Source of the DNA: a virus
Lineage: Duplodnaviria > Caudoviricetes
IMG/VR virus record: IMGVR_UViG_3300032237_001138
Coordinates: 1-29,845 of that record
Reading direction: 5' to 3' (one strand)
DNA: 29,845 bases
Under the pieces are notes generated by a model. The model had not been told where the DNA came from. It was given only the letters and a program-made list of their open reading frames with translations, and did no database searches. Positions 19,932 to 28,327 of the stretch are shown one piece after another. Position 1 is the first letter of the stretch. Each line of letters begins with the position of its first letter. The position numbers and the translations under genes were made by a program.

Positions 19932-20314
19932 TTAAGTTAGTAGATATATTAAAAGAAATAAAAAATATTCAATACACAAAACCAAATTTTGAATTTGAAT
20001 GGGAAGAAGCAACACGCTATCCTGAGTTTGTAGAAATGGGTAAAGAAGGATGGGTTGAATTAGCTAACGATGGATATAATATAAAATACTCAAAAATTAA
20101 AGATATATTAGGGAATGTAGATCTAGATTTTGATACTTTATCACCTGATAAGCAAGAGCGTTTTAATCAAGCATACGAATCTGGTAAAATAGAAATGCCG
20201 TTAGTTGTTAAATTTTCTGATAACAATTATGATTTGATTGGAGGAAACACAAGACTTGCTGGATTAGTAAGTAAAAACATAGACCCAACACTTTGGGTTA
20301 TTGAATTAAAATAA
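19928..20314 (+). CDS. ParB/Srx N-terminal-like domain protein with MIKLxxILxE leader
   Basis: MPLVVK....YDLIGGNTRLA fits P-hydrophobic-V...I.G..R ParB/Srx motif; starts MIKLVDILKE. Confidence 0.6.
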   Translation: MIKLVDILKEIKNIQYTKPNFEFEWEEATRYPEFVEMGKEGWVELANDGYNIKYSKIKDILGNVDLDFDTLSPDKQERFNQAYESGKIEMPLVVKFSDNNYDLIGGNTRLAGLVSKNIDPTLWVIELK

Positions 20315-20320
20315 GTTATT

Positions 20321-20752
20321 ATGAATTGGTTATATGAATACGTCCCATTACGGGACGATTTTACTACGAACGATTATGGTTTTATTTATAAAATCACCAA
20401 TCTAGAGACAAATAAATTTTACATTGGTAAAAAATCATTTGTACATAATAAGAAGAAAAAACTCACCAAAAAAGAAATAGCTGAACAAACTGGTCCCGGT
20501 CGTCGCTCAACTACCAAAGTGGAACAAGTCGACAGCGGATGGCGTAATTATTGGGGTTCATCTAAAGAATTACTAGCTGATGTTAAATCGCTAGGTAAAG
20601 ATAAATTTGAGCGCGAAATAATAAGGTTTTGTCCCACCAAGAAACAACTCACATATTATGAAGTATATTACCAAATATCATATCTAGTATTATTTACTGA
20701 CAGTTATAATGATAATATACAAGGGCGTTTTTTCCGTAAAGACTTTATTTAA
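20321..20752 (+). CDS. GIY-YIG family endonuclease (catalytic domain only)
   Basis: GFIYKITN...YIGKK...YWGSS...FEREII...LTYYE. Confidence 0.8.
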   Translation: MNWLYEYVPLRDDFTTNDYGFIYKITNLETNKFYIGKKSFVHNKKKKLTKKEIAEQTGPGRRSTTKVEQVDSGWRNYWGSSKELLADVKSLGKDKFEREIIRFCPTKKQLTYYEVYYQISYLVLFTDSYNDNIQGRFFRKDFI

Positions 20753-20777
20753 TATATTAGGTAAGTTTTCCCTTCAT

Positions 20778-20785
20778 ATATTTAT
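20778..20785 (+). promoter_or_regulatory. Putative phage late promoter ATATTTAT
   Basis: Recurrent octamer, 4 nt before ATG 20790. Confidence 0.55.
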
Positions 20786-20789
20786 TGAT

Positions 20790-21398
20790 ATGATAGGAAT
20801 ATATAAAATTACAAACCCCACTAATAAAATATATATTGGACAAAGTATAGATATAGATAGACGTTTTAATGAATACAAAAAAATGTTATGCTCTCAATCA
20901 AAAAAATTATATAATTCATTATTTAAATATGGTATTGAAAACCATAAATTTGAAATAATAGAAGAATGTAGTATTGAACAACTAAATGATAGAGAAGAAT
21001 ATTATATATTGTTACATAATAGTCATATTAGTGGATTAAATATTAAATTAGCATCTAAACCTTCGTGGACTGGGAAAAAACGTCCTGAACATAGCGATTA
21101 TTTAAAACAATATGGTAGTGGATTATCATATCTAAGAACAGAACAACATAAAGATAATATGTCTAATATTATGAAAAATGTATGGTCTGAGAAACGAAAT
21201 GATATTATACAAAAAATAAAAATAAATAAAATAGGAAAGAAAACTAAATCTGTAAAATGTAACGAAACAGGAACTATATATAAAAGTATAAAGGAGTGTA
21301 GTGAGCAAATGAATATAAGTAAAGGAATAATATGTAGTTTTGTAAAAGGAAAATATAAATACAGTGCTATAAAAGGTTTTACATTTTCTTACATTTAA
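20790..21398 (+). CDS. GIY-YIG homing endonuclease with NUMOD1-like C-terminal HTH
   Basis: MIGIYKITN..KIYIGQS.DI.RRF...KYG.ENH.FEIIE...LNDRE; C-terminal VKCNETGTIYKSIKECS; start moved from 20709 to match paralog. Confidence 0.88.
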   Translation: MIGIYKITNPTNKIYIGQSIDIDRRFNEYKKMLCSQSKKLYNSLFKYGIENHKFEIIEECSIEQLNDREEYYILLHNSHISGLNIKLASKPSWTGKKRPEHSDYLKQYGSGLSYLRTEQHKDNMSNIMKNVWSEKRNDIIQKIKINKIGKKTKSVKCNETGTIYKSIKECSEQMNISKGIICSFVKGKYKYSAIKGFTFSYI

Positions 21399-21400
21399 AT

Positions 21401-21431
21401 TTTGTTACGGCAGAATAATTTATTATATTTG
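21401..21431 (+). promoter_or_regulatory. Bacteroidota housekeeping-sigma promoter (-33 TTTG / -7 TAnnTTTG)
   Basis: TTTG 21401-21404, 19-nt spacer, TATATTTG 21424-21431: full consensus match directly upstream of primase. Confidence 0.75.
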
Positions 21432-21436
21432 TGGTT

Positions 21437-22372
21437 ATGGAAAATGCTGCTCTTCTAATTTTACTGGAATCTGTTTTAGGTACTAGCAACAAGACTAGTA
21501 GGGGTAATTATTCATTTAAATGCCCATTTTGTACTCACCATAAGAATAAACTAGAAATTAACTGCATAACAAACGCTAAAAGCGAGAATCCTTGGCATTG
21601 TTGGGTGTGTGAGGCGAAAGGTAAAACCATTAGATCTCTTTTTAAAAACGCTAAGATACCCGCTAATAAAGTAGCTGAGCTAAACATGATTATAGCTCCT
21701 GGTAAAGAATATAAGCAAATATCTACCACACTTGAATTACCTAAGGAATTTATATCACTAACAGATATTGTTGAAAATAAAATTGCTACTATTGAATCAA
21801 AACACGCTATTAAGTTTTTACGTAAGCGTGGTATAACACCTGAAGATATTATAAAATACAATATTGGTTTTTGTAATGATGGACCGTATAAAGAACGTGT
21901 TATCATTCCATCATATGATGAAAGCGGTATTGTAAATTACTTTATAGCTCGTGCTTATAAAGATGGACCTACAAAATATAAAAACCCTCCTGCTGATGCT
22001 AAATCTGCTATTGGTTGGGAGTTATATATAAATTGGGATGCACCTATTATACTTGTTGAAGGTATGTTTGATGCACTAACAATTAAACGCAATGTAATCC
22101 CCTTATTTGGGAAAATTATTCACGAGAAGCTAATGAAAAAATTAGTCCGTTCATCAGTTAATAGAATCTATATTGCATTAGATCCTGACGCTATTAAAAA
22201 TGCTTTTAAATATGCCGAACAATTAATGACATATGGTAAAGAAGTATTCTTAGTAGAATTAGATGGTAAAGATGCAAATGAAATTGGATTTGAGCGATTT
22301 TTAAACATTATTGAAAATACTGAACCGCTTACATTCCAGAGTATATTAGCTAAAAAACTACAATTATTATGA
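21437..22372 (+). CDS. DNA primase (DnaG/gp61-like; zinc finger plus TOPRIM)
   Basis: CPFC..H...WHCWVC zinc finger; FLRKRGI, RVIIP, KYKN, LVEGMFDA, ALDPDA, KDANE. Confidence 0.92.
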   Translation: MENAALLILLESVLGTSNKTSRGNYSFKCPFCTHHKNKLEINCITNAKSENPWHCWVCEAKGKTIRSLFKNAKIPANKVAELNMIIAPGKEYKQISTTLELPKEFISLTDIVENKIATIESKHAIKFLRKRGITPEDIIKYNIGFCNDGPYKERVIIPSYDESGIVNYFIARAYKDGPTKYKNPPADAKSAIGWELYINWDAPIILVEGMFDALTIKRNVIPLFGKIIHEKLMKKLVRSSVNRIYIALDPDAIKNAFKYAEQLMTYGKEVFLVELDGKDANEIGFERFLNIIENTEPLTFQSILAKKLQLL

Positions 22373-23157
22373 TTGACAAACACGCAAACATTATCAAAGA
22401 TCCAAAGATCAAACGCCTTGTAGAATACAAAGAAGGTGACAAACAAGTTAATGTTTTAGATTCTAGATTTTATCGTAGAGATAGTAAATACTATCCCTCA
22501 GTAACATCTGTATTAAACTATTTTCCTAAAAACCAATTTTTTCATACTTGGTTAAAAGATGTTGGTCATAATGCCGATATCATTGCTTCTAAAGCAGCAA
22601 ATGAAGGTACACAAGTACACAATGCTATTGAACAATTCCTTAATGGAGCTGAAATACAATGGATTGATGAATATGGTAAAGCACAATATTCATTAGATGT
22701 TTGGAAGATGATATTGAAATTTGCTGATTTTTGGAATACACATAAACCAGAGTTAATTTCAACTGAATATCATTTATTTTCAGATGCACATGAATATGCT
22801 GGAACAGCTGATTTAGTTGTTAGAATTGATGGTAAATTATGGTTATTAGATATCAAAACATCAAATTCGCTACATACTAGCTATGGTTTACAATTATCCG
22901 CTTACGCTATGGCTTGGAGTGAAACACACACTGATCCTATTGAAAGAACAGGAGTATTATGGTTAAAAGCATCTACTCGCACTACTGGTAAAGAGGGTAA
23001 AATTCAAGGCAAGGGTTGGGAATTGAAGGAATATAGTAAGATTTTAGAAAACTTTACTATGTTTAAAAATATATATGAAATATATAAGCTTGAAAATCCT
23101 GAATTTAAACCTCATACAGAAATACTACCAACTAGTATTAAAATAGCAACAAGCTAA
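22369..23157 (+). CDS. PD-(D/E)xK exonuclease (Cas4-like phage exonuclease)
   Basis: YPSVTSVL, EGTQVH, E...YAGTADL...LLDIKTS...LQLSAY. Confidence 0.88.
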   Translation: MIDKHANIIKDPKIKRLVEYKEGDKQVNVLDSRFYRRDSKYYPSVTSVLNYFPKNQFFHTWLKDVGHNADIIASKAANEGTQVHNAIEQFLNGAEIQWIDEYGKAQYSLDVWKMILKFADFWNTHKPELISTEYHLFSDAHEYAGTADLVVRIDGKLWLLDIKTSNSLHTSYGLQLSAYAMAWSETHTDPIERTGVLWLKASTRTTGKEGKIQGKGWELKEYSKILENFTMFKNIYEIYKLENPEFKPHTEILPTSIKIATS

Positions 23158-23164
23158 TATTTAT
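23157..23164 (+). promoter_or_regulatory. Putative phage late promoter ATATTTAT
   Basis: Recurrent octamer upstream of ATG 23183. Confidence 0.55.
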
Positions 23165-23182
23165 AGATATATTAGACTGTAT

Positions 23183-24154
23183 ATGATTAAATTAATTAGT
23201 ATTGTAAAGCAAATATTGATGGAGGGTGGTAACGTATTCGGTACCACCACCTCTATTGAAAAAGCAAATATTGAACCTACTGTTGAAACCTTTATAGACC
23301 AATTATCTAAAATCTTCCCCGCTAAAGCATCAACATTCAAATCATTTGAAAAATTAGGATCGGCTGGTAAAAAAGATGTATCTGGTGATATAGATTTATC
23401 CTATGATATCAAAAATATATTTCCTGATGGTAAAATACCTGACTTTAAGGGATGGGGCGTAGATGAACAGAAATATAACGAATTAGTAACTCAATTTGCA
23501 AAACGTGCTAGAAATGCCTCTCCTGAAAAGATACAATTAAGAGCTATGATTGTATTAATAGCTGAAAAAATTAATAATGCCTTACCAGATGTTGAAGTAG
23601 ATGATAAAGCATCAGGTTCCGGCTCTATATTTTGCGCCATACCACAATACGACGCATCAGGTAATAAATTAGATAAAGCGGTACAAACTGATATCAATAT
23701 AGGTAATCCTGGATGGTTACGTTTTAGCTATTATTCAAACACATACTCAGGTAATGTTAAAGGATTACATCGTACACAACTAATGTTGGCTTTATTTTCA
23801 AATAAGGGTAAAACATTTGGTCATAGCACAGGTGTTGTTGATAAAGAAACAGGTAAAAGAGAAGCAGCAACACCAGATGAAGCTATTGCATTATTAAATA
23901 AATTATATGGATTTAGATTAACTCAAGATATTTTAGATGATTACTTTAAGTTAGAAGATTTTATGAAAAAGAGTCTACCTACTGAAGAATATAACAGTAT
24001 TATGGATAGGTATCTTAAAATATTAGACTCAACACGAGCTGATATACCAGAAAATCTACAACAATATTGGATTGATAATCAAGATAGATTAGGATTAAAG
24101 GGTAAATTTTTACCTGATACATCTAATTTAGTACAATATAAAAAAGAAGCATAA
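23183..24154 (+). CDS. Pol-beta-superfamily nucleotidyltransferase-like protein with MIKL leader
   Basis: LGSAGKKDVSGDIDL (hGS...DxD) plus VQTDI third-carboxylate strand; starts MIKLISIVKQILME. Confidence 0.7.
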   Translation: MIKLISIVKQILMEGGNVFGTTTSIEKANIEPTVETFIDQLSKIFPAKASTFKSFEKLGSAGKKDVSGDIDLSYDIKNIFPDGKIPDFKGWGVDEQKYNELVTQFAKRARNASPEKIQLRAMIVLIAEKINNALPDVEVDDKASGSGSIFCAIPQYDASGNKLDKAVQTDINIGNPGWLRFSYYSNTYSGNVKGLHRTQLMLALFSNKGKTFGHSTGVVDKETGKREAATPDEAIALLNKLYGFRLTQDILDDYFKLEDFMKKSLPTEEYNSIMDRYLKILDSTRADIPENLQQYWIDNQDRLGLKGKFLPDTSNLVQYKKEA

Positions 24155-26469
24155 TGTCAGGATCAGCAGGCGGAAATAGAATACCTAGAGCAGCTGTTGA
24201 AAAAACAGTTCAAGAATACATACAGAAAGTATTATCTAAATTCCCTTCATTTAGAGGAGCCAAAATATCAGGATCATATAATACTGGTACTAAATCAGAC
24301 TTCGGCGATATTGATTTAATTGTTCAATTAGATAGTGAAGATAAGAAAAATATTAAAGCAGAATTAGCAAAATATGTATCCTCTTTATCAGATGATATAA
24401 TAGTACCTTTTAAGAGCGACAAATATAAAGGTAAAAAATTTCTTAACACAGGTGAAATTATTACTATACTATATCCAATAACAGGTATGCCTGGTAATTT
24501 TGTTCAAATAGACAATATTATTTCAATAAGCGATAAGGAAGCTGAATTTAAAAAAGAATTTTTAGATTATCCTGCTGAAATACAAGGATTATTATTAGGA
24601 CTAGCTAAGGTAGCATGTTTAGAAGAAGATCCACAAGCTATATTTGCTCGTATGGGTATTAAAAATATCCCTACACTTGAACCGAATCAAGAATATGAAT
24701 TTAACTTATCTAGTAGTGGATTAACATTACGTGTTGTAACATTAGATAATTTTAAAGAAACTGATAGAACAGATGTATGGAAGACTAGTGATTGGTCTAA
24801 TATTAAAAAATTATTTGCTAATTATAAGATAGATGGTTCTTTTGAAGAATTACTAAGCGACATATCAGCTAAACTAAAAAATATCCGTTCTAAAAATCGC
24901 GTTAAAGGTATATTTAATTCTATGGTATCCATTAAAAGTGGCGAAGTAGATACACCTAAAGGAGATAATAAACAAAAAGCATTAGATAAAGTGAATACAA
25001 CATTAAACGAAACTAATCTAGGTCGATACCTAGCTAGCTTAATACTAGAAGCAGACGATCAACCTGAACAAACAATAACATTATTTCCCGGAGCCTTTAA
25101 ACCACCCCATAAAGGCCATGTTGATGTAGTTCAAAAACTATTAAAAGGATCTGATCAAGTAGTAGTACTTGTATCACCAAAAACACGTGAAGGTATTACT
25201 GCTGACGAGAGTGTTGCTGTTTGGAACCTATATAAAGATAAAGGATTATTTGACGGTTCAGTCGAAATTAAAGTATCACCTGTAACACCTGTTGGAGAAG
25301 TATATGATGTTGTTAAAGATAATCCTGATACTGAATTTCGTGTAGCATTTGGTAAAGGTGAAATTGGTCGCTATAAGAACATTGAACAATTCCCTAACGT
25401 AAAAGTATTTGATGCTGGTGAAATTGAGGGAGTTAGTGCTACTAATTTACGTATGGCTTTAGCTCAAAAGGACGAAGATAAAATAGCTGAATATCTTCCT
25501 GATGGTGTATCGGTGGATGAATTTCTAATGGCTATAAACACTAAACCAAAAGAAAAACCAGCACCACCACCGCCACCACCAACAGAACAACCACCTGCTG
25601 AAACACCTCCTGCTCCTCCTGCTGAAACAACACCTCCAGAAGGTGAACAACCATTACAAGAATCACCTCCAATTAATTTTGAAGATGATACATACCAGAA
25701 CTATGTACAACAAAATCGCCGTAAAATTGAACAAGCAGCTGCTGTATTTAATTTACCAATCCCTGATATGGAATATGCATTTAATGGTGGTAGTGAAGTA
25801 GTATTAAATGATGATATGTGGAAAGAAATGGAAAATACTAAATCATATACTACAAAAACATTAAGTGATGCTATTGCTCATTCATTAAAAATAGGTATTG
25901 ATCCAAAACCATATATTGATGCTATTAAAAAACAAGACAATATACCATTACCTCTTGTATTACAATATGCTCAAGACAAATATTATTTAGTAGGAGGTGA
26001 AGTAATATTATCTATTTATAGATCATTAGGTGTAATACCAACTATATTATTAGCTACATTAAATCTTCAAACTAAAACATTACCTGAACCTATGAATGAA
26101 GGTTTAGATACAAATACTGATAAACAACTATTAAAGAAATTTATCGCTTTTGCTATTAAAGAATTAGGCATACAAAAACCTCCAACATCTCTTACATTAT
26201 CAAGAGATAATAATATGGCTAAAGAAATGCACTCATTTGGTTCATTTGATCCTAATAACGATAAAATATGGTTATATGTTAAAAACCGTAACATAGCCGA
26301 TTTATTACGTACATTAGCACATGAATTAGTACATCGTAAGCAAGCTGAGGATGGTAGAATCGATTATAATAGTGGTGAAACGGGTAGTGAAATTGAGAAT
26401 GAAGCAAATGCACAAGCCGGTGTATTACTAAGAAAATTCGGCAAACAAAACGAAGAAATATATCAATAA
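24154..26469 (+). CDS. Multidomain protein: Pol-beta NTase, HxGH cytidylyltransferase-like, Pro-rich linker, ParB-like, HExxH metallopeptidase
   Basis: ISGSY....SDFGDIDL and VQID; FPGAFKPPHKGH (His at 25108) and VSATNLR; PPPPPP linker; LPLVLQ....YYLVGG; LRTLAHELVH (26320-26334)...ENEANAQAG. Confidence 0.8.
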   Translation: MSGSAGGNRIPRAAVEKTVQEYIQKVLSKFPSFRGAKISGSYNTGTKSDFGDIDLIVQLDSEDKKNIKAELAKYVSSLSDDIIVPFKSDKYKGKKFLNTGEIITILYPITGMPGNFVQIDNIISISDKEAEFKKEFLDYPAEIQGLLLGLAKVACLEEDPQAIFARMGIKNIPTLEPNQEYEFNLSSSGLTLRVVTLDNFKETDRTDVWKTSDWSNIKKLFANYKIDGSFEELLSDISAKLKNIRSKNRVKGIFNSMVSIKSGEVDTPKGDNKQKALDKVNTTLNETNLGRYLASLILEADDQPEQTITLFPGAFKPPHKGHVDVVQKLLKGSDQVVVLVSPKTREGITADESVAVWNLYKDKGLFDGSVEIKVSPVTPVGEVYDVVKDNPDTEFRVAFGKGEIGRYKNIEQFPNVKVFDAGEIEGVSATNLRMALAQKDEDKIAEYLPDGVSVDEFLMAINTKPKEKPAPPPPPPTEQPPAETPPAPPAETTPPEGEQPLQESPPINFEDDTYQNYVQQNRRKIEQAAAVFNLPIPDMEYAFNGGSEVVLNDDMWKEMENTKSYTTKTLSDAIAHSLKIGIDPKPYIDAIKKQDNIPLPLVLQYAQDKYYLVGGEVILSIYRSLGVIPTILLATLNLQTKTLPEPMNEGLDTNTDKQLLKKFIAFAIKELGIQKPPTSLTLSRDNNMAKEMHSFGSFDPNNDKIWLYVKNRNIADLLRTLAHELVHRKQAEDGRIDYNSGETGSEIENEANAQAGVLLRKFGKQNEEIYQ

Positions 26470-26515
26470 ATAAAATATAAGTTATGACAGTACGTCATAT
26501 TCTTTAAATTTTTAT

Positions 26516-26523
26516 ATATTTAT
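26516..26523 (+). promoter_or_regulatory. Putative phage late promoter ATATTTAT
   Basis: Recurrent octamer, 4 nt before ATG 26528. Confidence 0.55.
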
Positions 26524-26527
26524 TGAT

Positions 26528-27124
26528 ATGATAGGAATATATAAAATAACAAATCCAAATAATAAAATTTATATTGGTCAATCTATTAATGTAGAAAAAA
26601 GATTTAAACAATATAAAAGTTTAGATTGTAAACGCCAACCTAAAATATATAATTCTTTTTTAAAATACGGTATTGAACAACATATATTTGAATTAATAGA
26701 AAAATGTTCATTAGAACAACTAAATGAACGTGAAATATATTGGAAACAATATTATAATACTATTAATGAAGGGTTAAATTGTGAATTATATGATAATAGT
26801 ATTGGTCCTAAGTCTGAAAATACTAAACAAAAATTAAGAAAACCAAAACCAGAAGGATTTGGAGCTAAAGTAAGCTTAAGTAAAAAAGACCATATTTGCT
26901 ACTCAGATCCTAAAAGGGGTAATAATATAAGTAAAACATCAAAAGGAAAACCAAAACCAGAAGGATTTGGTGCACAGCAAAGTATACGTCTTAGTGGAAA
27001 AAAACGATCTGAAGAAACTAAAGCTAAGATGAAAAAACAACATGCTACTTATAAAAATAGAATAGGAAAACCTAGAGGAAAATATAAAAAAACACAGTTA
27101 TGGGAAACGAGTCAAAACTTATAA
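26528..27124 (+). CDS. GIY-YIG homing endonuclease with NUMOD3-like repeats
   Basis: MIGIYKITN..KIYIGQS.NV.KRF...LNERE; KPKPEGFGA twice; GKKRSEETKAKM. Confidence 0.88.
   Translation: MIGIYKITNPNNKIYIGQSINVEKRFKQYKSLDCKRQPKIYNSFLKYGIEQHIFELIEKCSLEQLNEREIYWKQYYNTINEGLNCELYDNSIGPKSENTKQKLRKPKPEGFGAKVSLSKKDHICYSDPKRGNNISKTSKGKPKPEGFGAQQSIRLSGKKRSEETKAKMKKQHATYKNRIGKPRGKYKKTQLWETSQNL
26838..26970 (+). repeat. 25-bp direct repeat inside endonuclease gene
   Basis: GAAAACCAAAACCAGAAGGATTTGG at 26838-26862 and 26946-26970. Confidence 0.9.
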
Positions 27125-27684
27125 AGGATTTTAAGCAAAGAGATGTGCAAAGAATGCGTAACATCATCACTAAAAAAGCGGGCGATAAAACCGGCGTACA
27201 AGTCGGATACAACGCTGATTATGTTGAACGCAAGGAGGGTGACGTTTGGGAAGAACGTGGCAAAAAATGGACCGTTAAAAATGGCTTAAAGCAGACTGTA
27301 ACACGTTTTGATGATATTAAGAAAAAAATATTCACACCTATTACATGTCCCCATTGTAATAAACCAATGTCTAAGGGAAATATTGATAAGTATATGTTCT
27401 CTATCCACCAGAAATGTTCAGATTGTGTATTTGAATATGAAACCAAACTAAAAATTAAAGGTGAATATAAGGAATATGAACAAAACATGCTTAAACAAGG
27501 TGTTGTGTATCATATTAAAGAAATGGAGAATGTGTTATTAGAATTACTTATAGGACAATCTGGCGAGCAGTACGTAACTGAAGGTGGTGATATTGAGGAA
27601 TGGAAAGGCAAAAGTCTAGACAATCAGTTTATCAAAGATATACAAGAATATATTCAAAAACTTAAGGGTGCTGTAGATAATTAA
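27100..27684 (+). CDS. Hypothetical zinc-finger protein
   Basis: 194 aa; CPHC...CSDC; EGDVWEERGKKW block. Confidence 0.75.
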   Translation: MGNESKLIKDFKQRDVQRMRNIITKKAGDKTGVQVGYNADYVERKEGDVWEERGKKWTVKNGLKQTVTRFDDIKKKIFTPITCPHCNKPMSKGNIDKYMFSIHQKCSDCVFEYETKLKIKGEYKEYEQNMLKQGVVYHIKEMENVLLELLIGQSGEQYVTEGGDIEEWKGKSLDNQFIKDIQEYIQKLKGAVDN

Positions 27685-27691
27685 TATTTAT
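27684..27691 (+). promoter_or_regulatory. Putative phage late promoter ATATTTAT
   Basis: Recurrent octamer upstream of ATG 27721. Confidence 0.5.
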
Positions 27692-27720
27692 TAGTAATTA
27701 TAATTATTAAAACTTAACCT

Positions 27721-28008
27721 ATGGATAACAATGTTTGGACAGTACTAGTTACAGCAGTTACGGTTTTTGGAGGTAGTCAAGCGTTTCGTTTCTATGAGAG
27801 AAGAGCAATGCATAAAGAAAGAGATGATGATTTTATTCGTCACGACTGTAAAGATCGCATATCCAAACTAGAAGCATTATTAGAAGAATCAGCTCGTGAA
27901 AAAGATGAAATGAGATCATTAATCATTAAATTAACATCAGAAGTAGCTGAATTACGTGTTAAGGTTGAATATTTAAGTGCGGAAAATACTAAGCTTAAAA
28001 GCAAATAG
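27721..28008 (+). CDS. Membrane-anchored coiled-coil protein (possibly lysis-related)
   Basis: Hydrophobic N-terminus VWTVLVTAVTVFGG then long heptad repeats. Confidence 0.65.
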   Translation: MDNNVWTVLVTAVTVFGGSQAFRFYERRAMHKERDDDFIRHDCKDRISKLEALLEESAREKDEMRSLIIKLTSEVAELRVKVEYLSAENTKLKSK

Positions 28009-28009
28009 A

Positions 28010-28327
28010 ATGATTAAATTAACAGATATACTAAACGAGGCTAAAGAAACTTTTGAAAATTTTGCTGTTACTCGTGGTAAGGGTGCTGCTAAAATAGCAT
28101 CCACTGCTGAAGAAAAAGGAGGATTAGCATTATTAACGTGGCATCATTTTAAAGTAAAAGCTCCATATTATAAAAAAGCCGAAGAAGGTAAATTTGATAA
28201 AGAAGCCGCTATAAAAGAGTTTGAAAAAACACTAAAAAGCATATCATTAAATATGACTCAAATCGAATTTCAGCGTGAAGTTGGTCGTATGGAAGTATTA
28301 GGTGAATTATTAATAAGAGAAAAATAA
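28010..28327 (+). CDS. Hypothetical protein with MIKLxxILxE leader
   Basis: ATG 28010 gives MIKLTDILNE, just after upstream stop codon. Confidence 0.75.
   Translation: MIKLTDILNEAKETFENFAVTRGKGAAKIASTAEEKGGLALLTWHHFKVKAPYYKKAEEGKFDKEAAIKEFEKTLKSISLNMTQIEFQREVGRMEVLGELLIREK

Noticed and set aside
20709-20789. Longer start for first homing endonuclease
   Set aside because: Overlaps upstream gene; the paralog and promoter motif support ATG 20790.
21431-21436. GTG start for primase
   Set aside because: Overlaps the -7 promoter element; ATG 21437 is more plausible.
22369-23157. Cas4 as part of a CRISPR system
   Set aside because: No repeat-spacer array or other cas genes seen; primase-adjacent PD-(D/E)xK exonucleases are usual in phages.
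1943-23165. Minus-strand T4 late promoters TATAAATA
   Set aside because: Only some copies match fully, no minus-strand genes follow, and spacing is fixed relative to + strand ATGs.
23183-25011. Calling the NTases CBASS CD-NTases
   Set aside because: Only the generic Pol-beta motif is visible and no Cap effector is adjacent.
26483-26499. Hairpin TATGAC-AGTAC-GTCATA as terminator
   Set aside because: Weak 6-bp stem with no clean U-tract.
20753-27124. Group I introns hosting the GIY-YIG genes
   Set aside because: Flanking genes look complete and there is too little non-coding sequence for an intron core.
27977-28009. GTG start extending the 28010 gene
   Set aside because: Overlaps upstream CDS; ATG 28010 yields the conserved MIKL leader.
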